The notes beneath the pieces were generated by a model that saw only the letters and a list, made by a program, of their open reading frames with translations, did not search any database and had not been told where the DNA came from. DNA of 63,797 bases, filler included, from Octopus bimaculoides (taxonomy: Eukaryota), in NCBI RefSeq assembly GCF_001194135.2. It is 6 parts of 6 records of this genome, joined end to end, with 100 filler letters (N's around TTAATTAATTAA, not from the genome) between each part and the next. Parts side by side here need not be neighbours in the genome. Positions count along the whole stretch, not along the records: positions 16,598 to 25,107 come from NC_068990.1; positions 25,208 to 51,857 come from NC_068981.1; 4 more parts are not named here. The stretch is one strand, 5' to 3'. Shown here piece after piece: positions 24,851 to 38,727 of this stretch (positions are counted from its first letter, which is position 1; each line of letters opens with the position of its first letter). A program made the position numbers and the translations under genes.

Positions 24851-24961
24851 TCAAACTCGTTCAGTATATATTATTGCCAATAAAATTCGCAATACATACA
24901 TACAAATATGTATAGATAGGTAGATAGATAGATAGACAAATAGACAGACATACAGACAGAC

Positions 24962-25003
<42 letters not shown>

Positions 25004-25207
25004 ATAGATTGGTAGATAGATAGATAGATATCTTTTTATTATTGCCACACAGGGCTAAATACATAAAATGAACAAAATACAATGTAGAGATTTTCTTTGG
25101 GGGGGAANNNNNNNNNNNNNNNNNNNNNNNNNNNNNNNNNNNNNNNNNNNNTTAATTAATTAANNNNNNNNNNNNNNNNNNNNNNNNNNNNNNNNNNNNN
25201 NNNNNNN

Positions 25208-25293
<86 letters not shown>

Positions 25294-25310
25294 TTTATTA
25301 TTGAGGTAAA

Positions 25311-25505
25311 CGCGCTGGCAGAGTCGTTGGCACACTGCTGAAAATGCTTAGCGGCACTGCACTTCTTCTCATTTTACATTCTGAGTTCAAATTCCGCCAA
25401 GGTCGACTTTGATTTTCATCCTTTCGAGGACGACGAAGTAAATACCAGTAGAGCAGTGAGAAGCGACTAACCCGTCTCAAAATTTCAGGTCATGTGCCTA
25501 TGATA
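25311..25505 (+). mobile_element. SINE family B
   Basis: gctggcagagtcgttggcac...tctgagttcaaattccgccaaggtcgacttt. Confidence 0.8.
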
Positions 25506-26330
25506 GAAATTTTTCTTCTTCTTATCATTATTAAACACAAAGAATTATTTTCATTACTTTATTGTAATATAATTTATGAATGCACTGGTTTCTGTCCTCG
25601 GCTGTTTACGTATTTTATATTGCTTGTATTTCCACACACAGAAACTCACACATACACAAACAAAAAAGCATACACATATTTATATGTGTAGACACACACA
25701 CATATATAAACACATTTAAATAAAATACAAATATATATGTATACATCAATTATTGGTCTTTAGTTAACTATTTGTTTGTTAATATTTTTCCCTGCCTTTC
25801 AGATCTTAACGTTTACAAAGAAACATTTTCTCGTCTCTGATACATTAATTCAAATCTCATCTTTACGTAGTTAAGAGCTTTTCACTTATATAAAAGACCC
25901 CGCAGCACTTGTAGTCTAGTTGAAAGTTTGTTGTAAGAAGTATATGTTGATTAGTTATAACGGGTGATACTTCTCACTCAAAAGATATTCCTTCTATTTT
26001 CCGGCAAAAAATAATCATTTCAAACGAAAAGAATCTCTTTCTTTATTATTTATATCCTAACTAAAGCTTATATATGAAGTCCTGCATAAATTCTCAGACG
26101 TTATCGCCAGGAATGTGATACAAATTCAAAAACCTCGGCTTTGTTGATGCCAAAAAGAAAGTGAAAATAATGTGCTATAATAGACAAGAAAACAGTTCAA
26201 ATAAGGAGTCTATTAAATAGTTTGTTCTTTGGAATCAGAAAGCAGAAAATTTATAAGGATATTTACTCATTGATACAAAATATGCATATATATAATTATA
26301 TACACGTCTCATACAAAACATACACATACA

Positions 26331-26391
<61 letters not shown>

Positions 26392-29379
26392 GTACATGTG
26401 GATGAAGGTATATACATACATGTACATATATATGCATAGATTCATATACTGTTTGTATCACGACAGAACGTACGCGTTAACCTTTATACAGTAAGTTTTA
26501 ACTATTTTTCTAACGCGACTCTCTCTATCTCTATCTCTATCTCCCCCTCTCATTCTTCCCTTTACTGTTCTTTGCCTCTCCCTGTCACTACTATCTATCT
26601 CTCTCTCTCTTTATCTCTCGCTGCTCGTCCTTCGCTTCCCACTGTTACTACTACTATCTCTCTCTCTCTCTACCTCTCGTTGCTCATTTTCGTTCTTGGA
26701 CTCCTCAAGCTCGCACGTACGTCTTTGCCCCTCCTGTTCAAAAGATACACACTTCACGTCTGGCTGTACAGCCTTTTTGTTTGTTTATTTCACCGTTTCG
26801 CTTTCCTGTCTTGTTTTCCGTCCGCCACTACCCTCCACGAAAACAATTTAGTTTGTGTTCGTGGGAAGAACCATTTTAACGATGCGTACTGCCTTAATTC
26901 TTCGAAACGCCGGGGTTTTAATGGTGGCAGCTGATGAAGGGGATGTTTCTATGTGGCCTGCTTGTTTGTTGCACCTTGTTTACCATTTTGTCCATGTTCT
27001 TTTGCCACGTCATGTACCCAGTTATGTATCTATATGTACATGTGGATGAAGGTATATACATACATGTACATATATATGCATATANNNNNNNNNNNNNNNN
27101 NNNNNNNNNNNNNNNNNNNNNNNNNNNNNNNNNNNNNNNNNNNNNNNNNNNNNNNNNNNNNNNNNNNNNNNNNNNNNNNNNNNNNNNNNNNNNNNNNNNN
27201 NNNNNNNNNNNNNNNNNNNNNNNNNNNNNNNNNNNNNNNNNNNNNNNNNNNNNNNNNNNNNNNNNNNNNNNNNNNNNNNNNNNNNNNNNNNNNNNNNNNN
27301 NNNNNNNNNNNNNNNNNNNNNNNNNNNNNNNNNNNNNNNNNNNNNNNNNNNNNNNNNNNNNNNNNNNNNNNNNNNNNNNNNNNNNNNNNNNNNNNNNNNN
27401 NNNNNNNNNNNNNNNNNNNNNNNNNNNNNNNNNNNNNNNNNNNNNNNNNNNNNNNNNNNNNNNNNNNNNNNNNNNNNNNNNNNNNNNNNNNNNNNNNNNN
27501 NNNNNNNNNNNNNNNNNNNNNNNNNNNNNNNNNNNNNNNNNNNNNNNNNNNNNNNNNNNNNNNNNNNNNNNNNNNNNNNNNNNNNNNNNNNNNNNNNNNN
27601 NNNNNNNNNNNNNNNNNNNNNNNNNNNNNNNNNNNNNNNNNNNNNNNNNNNNNNNNNNNNNNNNNNNNNNNNNNNNNNNNNNNNNNNNNNNNNNNNNNNN
27701 NNNNNNNNNNNNNNNNNNNNNNNNNNNNNNNNNNNNNNNNNNNNNNNNNNNNNNNNNNNNNNNNNNNNNNNNNNNNNNNNNNNNNNNNNNNNNNNNNNNN
27801 NNNNNNNNNNNNNNNNNNNNNNNNNNNNNNNNNNNNNNNNNNNNNNNNNNNNNNNNNNNNNNNNNNNNNNNNNNNNNNNNNNNNNNNNNNNNNNNNNNNN
27901 NNNNNNNNNNNNNNNNNNNNNNNNNNNNNNNNNNNNNNNNNNNNNNNNNNNNNNNNNNNNNNNNNNNNNNNNNNNCTTTTAAAACATGTAACAACAAAGT
28001 TCTCTCTTTAAAGAATATTTAAACAAACCTTCTCCGCAAGAATATCCTTTCCTTCAAAGCTCTCACTGCAATCCACAAGAAGTGACCAACTACAATCTTT
28101 TGCCTGCCACAACAGTTCCATCTCTCTGTCCCTCTCTCTCTTAGACTCTATCCATTTCTGCTGACTGGTACCTTCTGACCATAGCCTCTCTCTTTCAGCC
28201 TCTTTCTGTCAGTCTCTTTGTTCATCTTGCTGACCCACTGGCTGCTGGCCTTCACACCGGCTCACGGTCTTCATCCACTGACTTTGTTTACAACAACTGC
28301 TTGTCCATCTTCACTGGCTGACCGCTCACATTGATTCCTGTACGCCAACTGCTCGATACCAACTGCTCACGTCAACTGCTTCTCAAATCTCTGCTGTCGT
28401 ATTTATGAGAGATACCGTACCCAATAGTGCTACGATACCCCACTCCACAGCTGGGTTAGTTTAGTACAGTTCCTAACTTGTTTTTCTGAACTTTTGGTGA
28501 CCGGAAAGGGTCAGCGATCACTCCTACGCTAAAATTAACTGTTCTTGTTCACAGGACAAAGGAAGTACCATTATCCTCAACAACCAGAATACGGTTTCAA
28601 ACCCAGCTCGGGGAATAGGGACATAACGTTATTTTGTATTTCGGCGGTCCGTATCAATATANNNNNNNNNNNNNNNNNNNNNNNNNNNNNNNNNNNNNNN
28701 NNNNNNNNNNNNNNNNNNNNNNNNNNNNNNNNNNNNNNNNNNNNNNNNNNNNNNNNNNNNNNNNNNNNNNNNNNNNNNNNNNNNNNNNNNNNNNNNNNNN
28801 NNNNNNNNNNNNNNNNNNNNNNNNNNNNNNNNNNNNNNNNNNNNNNNNNNNNNNNNNNNNNNNNNNNNNNNNNNNNNNNNNNNNNNNNNNNNNNNNNNNN
28901 NNNNNNNNNNNNNNNNNNNNNNNNNNNNNNNNNNNNNNNNNNNNNNNNNNNNNNNNNNNNNNNNNNNNNNNNNNNNNNNNNNNNNNNNNNNNNNNNNNNN
29001 NNNNNNNNNNNNNNNNNNNNNNNNNNNNNNNNNNNNNNNNNNNNNNNNNNNNNNNNNNNNNNNNNNNNNNNNNNNNNNNNNNNNNNNNNNNNNNNNNNNN
29101 NNNNNNNNNNNNNNNNNNNNNNNNNNNNNNNNNNNNNNNNNNNNNNNNNNNNNNNNNNNNNNNNNNNNNNNNNNNNNNNNNNNNNNNNNNNNNNNNNNNN
29201 NNNNNNNNNNNNNNNNNNNNNNNNNNNNNNNNNNNNNNNNNNNNNNNNNNNNNNNNNNNNNNNNNNNNNNNNNNNNNNNNNNATATATATATATATATAT
29301 ATACATACGTACATAGATATATACACACACAGAGAGACACACAGACACACACACACACATATATATGTATATACTTTGA

Positions 29380-32150
29380 TACTTTGATAGATTTCGACCA
29401 GTATCGGCTTAGGCCCCGTGAAACCTCCAGGCATAGTCATTTAAATCAGGAATCAGACAACATGGCTCACTCGAGGAGAGAGGTATTTGTTGCGGAGACA
29501 TATCTGGGATTTTTGAAGGAATTTGTCCAAAAAACTCTTGAACTTTATGGAGTCTGTTTCTGCTTTAATTTGTTTTGGTGCAATGTTAAAACCGCGGGGG
29601 CCAATTGAGGTGAAATAATTGTGCAGTATTGTTGTTATGTGATGCGAGTATTATTTATGTTGTGGACGGATAGCACAGGATCCGAGTCTTGGGTGTATCT
29701 TAAAATCGATGCCAACTTCATTTGGACAATGCTGAAGGAAGATTTTCCGCATCATGCAAATGATGTAGCGCTCACGGCGGCTTTGGTGGGGAATAAGGCT
29801 TGAACGTTTCTAGTCAACTCCAATAGTCAAGGCCTGTCATGCCATCTCTCTTTTTGTAACTGACATTTGAAGTGCTTCTATTTTCACGATATTTTGTTTT
29901 GTGTGGGGAGACCACAGTGGACAACAGTATTCAAGGTGTAGTTGGGCAAAAGTAGAGAAGAGAAAAATAATGGTGTGGATATCTCTCGACTGGAAACTTC
30001 AGAGAATACAGGAACACATTCTGCGGGCCATGTCAACTTTTCTGTTTATTTATATGAGCGGCCCAGCTTATGCTGTTCACGATTACTCCCAAGACTCTCA
30101 TGTTGTTGGATGCCATGAGAGTTTCGACTGAAGGAAGGGAATATGGTAGTTTCAGGGTATCTTCTTTTCCGAGTTGGATTAACTCAAATTTGTCCTCGAT
30201 CACTAGCATATTCTTTTCCGCTCATTGGATGACAGCCAGTAGATCTGACTGAAGGCATGCACGGTCACCCACTTCATTGATGATCTTCTGAATCTTGGAA
30301 TCATCCGCAATGATTCTTATGTTACTGTGCTTTGTGATGTCAGTAATGTCATTGATATAGATGAAGAAAAGAGGTGACCCCAACATAGAGCCTTGTGGAA
30401 TACCACTACTGACTTTGGCTGGGGTTGATTTTACTCCTTCGATTACAAGGTGTTTTGTTTTCAGGAGGATCTTAAGATAAACCCTATCAAAGGACTTTCT
30501 AAAANNNNNNNNNNTTTTCAGGAGGATCTTAAGATAAACCCTATCAAAGGACTTTCTAAAATCAAGGTAGATGACATCAGTATTCGAGCCCTCTCCCAAA
30601 GCTCTCAAAATGTCATCAAGCTGATGCAGGAGATGCGTTAGGCAGTTCCTTTCATTACTGAACCCATGTTGGTCGGGTTTCAGCAGTCTGTTGCTTTCAA
30701 GAAAGTGGGTTATTCGTGATCTCACCACCTTCTCAAATACCTTGATATGTGAGGTGAGCGAGATCGGCCGGTAGTTCACTGCAAGGGACTCGTTTCCGTT
30801 TTGAAAGCTAGGACAACTGACTAGGATAGAACATTCTTAGGAATATAACCAGCAACCAGTGTGTTCCTCCACAGATTAGCAAGAGGAGATGCAAGTTAGT
30901 GTCGGCACACCTTCAGGACACCAGCAGGGAAGCTATCAGCGCCTACTGCTGAATTGTGTTTGATTTTGTTTATTGGCACTAAGACATCAGAAGCGCCAAC
31001 CGTTAAGTCTGAAAAAGTGTGTTGAGAATTAACATCACTGATACAGTCCAGATCAGCCATATCAGGATTGCTAAAAAACAGAGTAGTACCGTTTCTGCAG
31101 TATCTCACTCATGGTTTTAGCATTATCTTGGAGATTGCCATTTTCATCAATTAGAGGACCAAAAGTAGGGACAGTGACCCTGTGCTTTTTTCGCAAAAGA
31201 GAACATTTTAAGGTTTGATTTTCTCAACGGCCCATTTCTCCTCAGCGGTTCTTTGGTTATTGATGATAGTCTTCACTTATTGTTGGAGGTTATATTTTTT
31301 GATTCAAGGAGAGTGATAGCCGTTGAATTTATGTGTGGCTGTTGGCAGTATTTTAGTTTGTCCATTTTGTTTTGGCTGTTGTTTTTATTTTTCTGTTTTG
31401 GGGAATTCTGCACTTAGTTTTCTTCACAGGTCTTGGTGGGGTGTGTTTAGTACATATGTTTGTGATAGTGTCTGCAAAGATCTGCCAAGATATTTTGATG
31501 CTGGAGGAGGGGTGTGCATGTGTGAAAGACCAATCAACACGTGATAGATAATTTATGATTGCGTCCCAGTCGGCATCATAGAGATCCATGGTATCAAATG
31601 GGTGGGCTGGAGAGAGGTCACTAGGGTTAGCTTTCGGCTGGGGGAATCTCAGGTTACAGAGAACCATGTCATGATCAGAAAGAAGGGTTTTTTCTAGTGA
31701 AATATTATTTATTGTATTAGTGTGGTTACTAAATACAAGGTCTAAAATGTTCTGATATCTTGTTGGTGCAAGGACAAGTTGGGACAAGAAAATCTCATTC
31801 ATAAAGTCGAGAAAAGTCTCTACTGCTTCTTTGTCAGCAGTTGAGGTGTGAGTACCTAATTACAAACTCTTTGTAGACCAATCAACACAGGGTAGATTAA
31901 ATCTCCCATCATAATTATGTTATTAGAATGGCACAGTTGAATAAAGCTCTTAGTGCTGTTGAAACATTCATTAAAGCGCAATATCGGTGTTTGAAGTGGC
32001 TTCTACAACCCAACTATATCTGTTATATCGCACGTTCGGATGACCTCTACTCAACTACCTACGACGTCTAGACTCTTCGCTCTATATCTACGTATTGGGC
32101 TAATTTACTTCATCGTCTGGGGGCGTCGACACAACAATATCAATATATAT
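29380..32150 (-). mobile_element. CR1-group LINE (APE endonuclease + RT), degraded
   Basis: LVLAPTRYQNILDLVFSN...SDHDMV (endonuclease); NYRPISLTSHIKVFEKVV, QHGF, DVIYLDFRKSFDRV, SGIPQGSMLGSPLFFIYINDI, IADDSKI (RT). Confidence 0.9.
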
Positions 32151-32231
32151 ATGATATTAATAATAAAAGGGTAATAATCATAGAATATTTGTATCTATCT
32201 ATCTATATATATGCATGTACATATGTATGGA

Positions 32232-32282
<51 letters not shown>

Positions 32283-32464
32283 ATATATATTGATATGTGA
32301 TCCTTTATTTGATTACACACACACACACACACACACNNNNNNNNNNNNNNNNNNNNNNNNNNNNNNNNNNNNNNNNNNNNNNNNNNNNNNNNNNNNNNNN
32401 NNNNNNNNNNNNNNNNNNNNNNNNNNNNNNNNNNNNNNNNNNNNNNNNNNNNNNNNNNNNNNNN

Positions 32465-32508
<44 letters not shown>

Positions 32509-33976
32509 TTCAAATATATACATTCGTGTGCGTGTGTATATGAGTGTGTGTTAGCATTATAACCATTTGTTTGATATGGAGAAAGTATAATCCACTGAGT
32601 GAAATTGTTTCGTGCATCGCACGATTATTGAATAGATACACGCTAGTATTTATCTCTTGCCGAATACGCGAGTACACAATTATATATAAATGTCTATCGG
32701 CTTAGATCATATATATGACAAATAACAGAAATTGTTTGTACGAGTTCTTTCTTTTCCTATTTACAAATAGATAATCTATTTCTCTATGGATCTTCCTGAT
32801 ATGTTAACGCTATAGTAATTCTTTAGTTCGAGACTGTGAATATAAGTTAAACAGAGAATTGAAACTTTAAAAAATTTAGATACCAATTTATTACATCAAA
32901 GCAAGTTTTACATCATATGTATTTGCGAAAACGTACGACAACATGTGAATTAAATAGCATACGCTGTAGAAATAGTATGCAGAATATACGTATATATTTT
33001 CAAATTTCCATGTGATTAGAATAATGTGTGTTGTGTAGGAGATATGAGCAAATAGATAATAGCTATTGCAAGAAAATAAATTAAGTCACTGGAAGTAATT
33101 CTGTTGTGGATGGGCTAAAGTAGAATTTTATTCCTATGAAAGAAGAGCGAAATGCGAAAAAAAAAAAAATAATAATACCTGAAGCATGGGCTACTGGCTG
33201 AACAAAGAGACAAAAGCAAAGAGTTAGTCCCATTTCGTTTAGATAAGAAGGCATGCGAGCAAGAAAATAAAAAGTAAAGAGCAGAAAAACAAAATATAAT
33301 TGTGCTTCACAAACTTCTAGTCCCTGATTAAAACAACACACTTTACAAGTGTTAGCTAAAATGTGACTAGTCTTAATGACGACGCTACACAAATTTCATA
33401 TTGGAACAATACTCGTCTGTCTATTTGAATTTTTCAACCTTGTGCTGTTCAGAGACTTCTCTCTCGAACTGGTATTGCTAAATATGCGCCATGATTAGAT
33501 TTATGGTTGACAGCTAACTCGATACAATGTATTCCGAGAATTAAATCCGCAAATATGATTATGAAACTACCAAAGCTAAAGAATATTAATGCTACTTTTT
33601 TAAATAATACTTTGAGGTGGCAAAACAAATTCTGACGGCATCATACGTTCAGGTTAGTATTTAGAAGCATATAAATACAGATCAAACATGTATGGTCATA
33701 GGTACTCCAGACCTGACCATCCAATATAACGCACATTAAATAATGCAAAATATTATGCTATTCTAGTGAGATTCATCTGGTATTTCTATCAGGTGAAACA
33801 AACACTTAGAGGATGAAGCTACTATAAAAGGTCGCATGTTTATCTAAGAAACACCAGTTTTTTTTTCTCTTCCGTGGATCTGTGGCTTTGTTGTGAAATC
33901 TCGATCAGATGTTCAATTTTACAATGACATAATATAGAATTTCTATGACACTAAAATAGTATACATGTGCAAACGT

Positions 33977-34021
<45 letters not shown>

Positions 34022-34604
34022 GAGAGAGAAATAGATAGATATATGTACATGGGGGGAAAGAAGTGTATTCCAATGCAGGAAAGGAAGATGTGGACCTGAG
34101 TCTTTAAATGTGTTGTAGTTTCTAAATTTTGTAAGATATGTTTTAAAATACAAAACCGGTTTCGACAATTGGTTGTTTTTCAATGGAAAATGAAAGAAGT
34201 TTAGGAGAGATTGAAGGTAGAAGAGAACATTCAGAAAAACATGCTTAAAAGACATATTCATACAGCTTTCAATATTCAATAAGTTTCACAGAGCAAGACA
34301 TTTATACAAGTTCAAATGTTCGATGAATTTCATAACATGAGTGAAAGTTCAGTAACATTGAGTTATATTAACAATTAAATACAATAACATTTTTAAAGGA
34401 TTAAGAAAAAAAGGACAGAAAAAACAGTTATTTTTAACAATTTCTTGGTCGCTGGTTTTGCTGGTGATAGCTAGATCTGTTTTCAGCAGAAATGGCTTTG
34501 TATATATAAGATTTTAGGGTAAAGGTTCAAGTTCTGTTTTTATCCGCCTGTAGTCTCTAGTATTTTAGCTGGATGACCGCCTGTTTTTCTAGTGTCCTGT
34601 TTAC

Positions 34605-35009
34605 CAGGGACGTGCCGCCCAGGTAGACAAGTTAGGCAGCGCCTTCCTTAAATAAGATAGATCAATAGAAACATTTTCCTCTCATGGCAAAATATGCACC
34701 TATTTCAATAAAATTATGAAGGTTAGTTTCATTACTATGCAAAAAATGCAATATGTATTATTATTTTGTAGACTAGGTAGGCATAATTCGCCCTTGCTTT
34801 TTAATTTCAGTATTTAAGCTACGCATAGTAGTGCTGTACACGTGCTGCGTACATTTCTACAACATCGTTTTTTTTTATACGCTATAAAGGCAGAAATAGA
34901 CTTGCTTTCAAATCAGCCGCACCCCTGTGTTTTGCTTATTTTTTGTGTGTTTTACTGCATAAGGATCGCCAACTGCCTACCCTGAGTAATTACTGACAGC
35001 ACGTGCCTG
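34605..35009. mobile_element. hAT-like MITE
   Basis: TIRs CAGGGACGTGC and CAGGCACGTGC (reverse complement of the right end); flanking 8-mers CTGTTTAC (34597-34604) and CTATTTAC (35010-35017), a 7/8 match. Confidence 0.7.
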
Positions 35010-35044
35010 CTATTTACATATTTTGGTTTAGCTGAAATCCAGTA

Positions 35045-35150
35045 TTCTGATTGGTTGATTTCCTGGTGACGTCATTTACTTATCGACTGTTATGACCAGT
35101 AGAGAAATAGTGCTCTAGTTGGTTGATTTTCTGCATACGCCATTTGATTT
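35045..35150. promoter_or_regulatory. Promoter-like motif cluster (CCAAT, CRE, YY1-like)
   Basis: ATTGG 35050-35054, TGACGTCA 35067-35074, CGCCATTT 35138-35145. Motifs only; no transcript evidence. Confidence 0.3.
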
Positions 35151-35310
35151 TGTGAAGGGTCTTGGTAACTTGTTTTTGTCTGACGCTCGTACAACTTTCT
35201 GGCTGGCTGTTTCCCTTAAGAAGCCACTCACTAGTCACGGTCAGCTCAATATATATTTGTATTTTTCTGAGGGTCTGCTTTTGACTAAAAAAGAAAAAGA
35301 AAAATATCTA

Positions 35311-35472
35311 GGCGCAGGAGTGGCTGTGTGGTAAGTAGCTTGCTTACCAACCACATGGTTCTGGGTTCAGTCCCACTGCGTGGCCCCTTGGGCAAGTGTC
35401 TTCTAATATAGCCTCGGGCCGACCAAAGCCTTGTGAGTGGATTTGGTAGACGGAAACTAAAAGAAGCTCGTC

Positions 35473-35520
<48 letters not shown>

Positions 35521-35734
35521 ATATATAATATACGTGTGTGTGTGTGTGTGTGTGTTTGTGTGTCTGTATTCGTCCCCCCAACATCGCTTGACAACCGATG
35601 CTGGTGTGTTTACGTCGCCGTAACTTAGCGGTTCGGCAAAAGAGACCGATAGAATAAGTCCTGGGGTCGATTTGTTCGACTAAAGGCGGTGCTCCAGCAT
35701 GGCCACAGTCAAATGACTGAAACAAGTAAAAGAG
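35311..35734 (+). mobile_element. Full-length SINE family A (tRNA-derived, CORE-like ccttgggcaag domain)
   Basis: Head ggcgcaggagtggctgtgtggtaag, B-box-like gggttcagtccc, ccttgggcaagtg, internal TA/TG microsatellite, tail gactgaaacaagtaaaagag. Confidence 0.88.
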
Positions 35735-35759
35735 TTGATTAAGCCTAAGGTGGCGTCAG

Positions 35760-36950
35760 CAATAAGTGTTTGAGAAGGTGCAATGTAATATTGTAAAGCA
35801 GTTCGGAGTTAGGCTTTCAGATCTCCGTTGCTTAATCATTGTTTCTAGTCGTTCCCATCGCAGTCCCAAATATTTGTCTCTAGGTGCTGTCGCTGAATTT
35901 AAGAAAGTTACTTTGAAGAACGAACTTTAATCCTTCAATGATAAATCCATCCCTAATTCGCTCAGGTATATCATTTGGAAACTTTTCAATCCAGAATTGT
36001 ATAGCTTCTATTCTGTATTCATGGGGAATTGAGGTGTAGAGATTTATTACTTGGAATGAGACAAAAGGAGAGTGTGTGCTAGCTTTGCTCGGGAGATGGT
36101 TTAAAAAGTCCATGTCATCTAATACGAAGTTCAGCATATGTTTAATAATGGGTTTTTGAAGTTCGTCAATGAAGTTACTAAGTCTATGTGTCTAACAGGA
36201 CGGAACTACCACAATTTGTTTCATTTTGAAATCTGATGGGTGTGGGATACTAATGACCAATGAGGGTGATCTGCTACAAGCTTCATTTATGACATTATTT
36301 TTGTAGAGTTTTGGATAAGTTGCTGGTTTTGCTGCCAAATCATGTTAGGTAGTTCGGTCTGAAGTAATCTTACAGTTAAAGCTTCTCATGTGTAGTGTCA
36401 ACTGGTGGCCCCGACTAGGGGCGATGTTGCATCTCAAACGGAAGAGATTCCTGTATCCTGGTTAAGCCACCTTATATATATCTTTGAGGAGGGGTATTTC
36501 GTCTTGTTAGGACGGATTTTTGTTGATCCTGAAATAGTTGTTTCTTTGTTTAAATGTTCCAGAATAGGTATTTTCCGTCATGTATCTTTGACGATCATTT
36601 GATTTGTTTTTAAATGGCGCTCTGGAGTTGCTATTAACCACCATTTGCTTTTGAAGAGCGTTCTAGTTACTTTACGGTAATGTCCTTGATGTAGGCATGC
36701 TGGATTCGTGACGTTTCATTCTCTACAAGAATAAGTTATTCGCTTCATATTCTTCTTTACATTTTACATCATAGTGACTAAACCAGTCTTTATGTTTTTC
36801 CCCATCTTCGAAGAAAAATTACTTCTTCATTGTCGCAACTTTGTTTTCAGAGTTACCGGTCTTGTTAAAAAGTTCCCTTGCGGTCTGTTTAGTAATTTCG
36901 ACCTTGATCTTTTGAACGATTGCATTTATTTTCACCTAACTAAGCCAACT
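35760..36950 (-). mobile_element. Penelope-like element RT fragment, degraded
   Basis: LDDMDFLNHLP...VINLYTSIPHEYRIEAIQFWIEKFPNDIPERI...IIEGLKFVLQSN, preceded by YKNSKLIQTCSKT-type sequence. Confidence 0.85.
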
Positions 36951-36968
36951 ATCTCTCTATATATGTAA

Positions 36969-37030
<62 letters not shown>

Positions 37031-38727
37031 NNNNNNNNNNNNNNNNNNNNNNNNNNNNNNNNNNNNNNNNNNNNNNNNNNNNNATATATATATATATATA
37101 TATATATATAAATGCGAATGTTCTATTAACTCAGATTAAACCACTTCTAGGAGGCCTAAAATCTAAAATGACAGAGGAAGATAATGTAATTTGTGCATTT
37201 TCTATATTTTCCAATAATTACATTTAACTGTTCTTAATTGTAACTTTCGAGAAAATATAGACAATTCCGTACCAGGAGTGAGTCTGGTTTCTAAGTATGT
37301 TGGTGAAAGCACCAGATATATTTAGGTTTTAAGTTTCCTTAATGAAACGTATACGTCTCAGTCTCCAAGACTAATATTACTCAATATCTTTTATCTTTTA
37401 CTTGTTTCAGTCACTGGACTGCAAGATGCTGGGAATCGTCTTGAAAGGATTGGTTGAGCTACTCAGCCCCAATACATTTTTGCAGTCACGCCATAATGTA
37501 TAGAAATACAGGCTATGCATCGATACTAATTATATGAACATCATGTCCGAGTCAAAGTATCTCAAATAAAATTCCTCTTAGACCGACTAAGTGGAATTCC
37601 ATCTCAGAGGAATTTTATGGCGAGCTACATATGTTTATAGCTTTCACTAGTTTGATGAAAGCTCAAATATCCATTCCAATTACTTTTTGTATTTACTCCA
37701 ACTCTTCAATTCAATTATTTTATTAGAGTTATCTTCCTTGCTAAAGTTTCCACCATCCATATGCTAATTTTGTCTCCTAATTACATGATAATTTTAGTCA
37801 ATCGAAGTTATCTAAGCTATCTGCAATATTTAGTTCACCTGAAATGTGTATGGATGAGAGAAGAGAACTGGCGCCAGTTAATATAGTCAGTAACACTGTC
37901 GCCGGACAGACGTTGATACATGGTTCGTGTCCAATCAGATGATGGACATTTTTTTGTTTTACTACATTGAATAAATTTTTATGTCTAATACCATTTCCAT
38001 TAAACAACTTTGGCATTTCACTCATAATTTTCAAGTAAGGTTAGCAATTTTCAGTGGAGCCATACACCTCAACGGACCAATCCGACATGCTGATTTCAAC
38101 TACGGTTAAACATCCAATATATCTCACTTACATCATTATGTCCCTTCATTAATGCGTGGTCATCCCATTATTAAATTCCCATGCTTATTTAAACAGTAGC
38201 ACTGTGAGCTATAATAAATCAATATTGATTTACAATAATAAAAAATAACTCAACTATTAATATATAGCATAATTCAGTTTCCGATTACATAACATTGAAT
38301 CTCATTTGCATGGCGATTCGTGATGGGCTGGATACAACTGAGTATGACAGTGGCAAAACAGGCACTTATCAGCAAAATTTGAGTTTACGGGATATATTCA
38401 AGAGCACTCGCCGGATCCACCCATACATTAGTATATTCAGTAGATGAAAGCATTAAGAATCAAATAATAAACTACCTTTAAGAGTAATCGTTCCATGCAA
38501 AAAATTTCATCTCACTATTCCTGTAGCTTAACATGCATATGCATATGTAAGTACACACATACAGACGCACGCATACTATGGAATAAACTGTTCCGAACAA
38601 ACTGCAAGGAATATATAGTTAAATATGAAAATAAACTTAACACAGAATATAAAAGTAGAACTTCTATGATGAAGACATATATATACAGACAAAGAAGTAA
38701 ATCCGAAATCTGCCGAAATAGAGCCAG

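Noticed and set aside
30458-30561. 47-bp direct repeat either side of a 10-N gap in the CR1 element
   Set aside because: The pattern is that of an unmerged contig overlap, not a biological duplication.
37798-38040. ORF MKIMSEMPKLF... and a plus-strand GTAAGG donor
   Set aside because: No homology recognised, and the plus frame leading to the donor has an in-frame stop.
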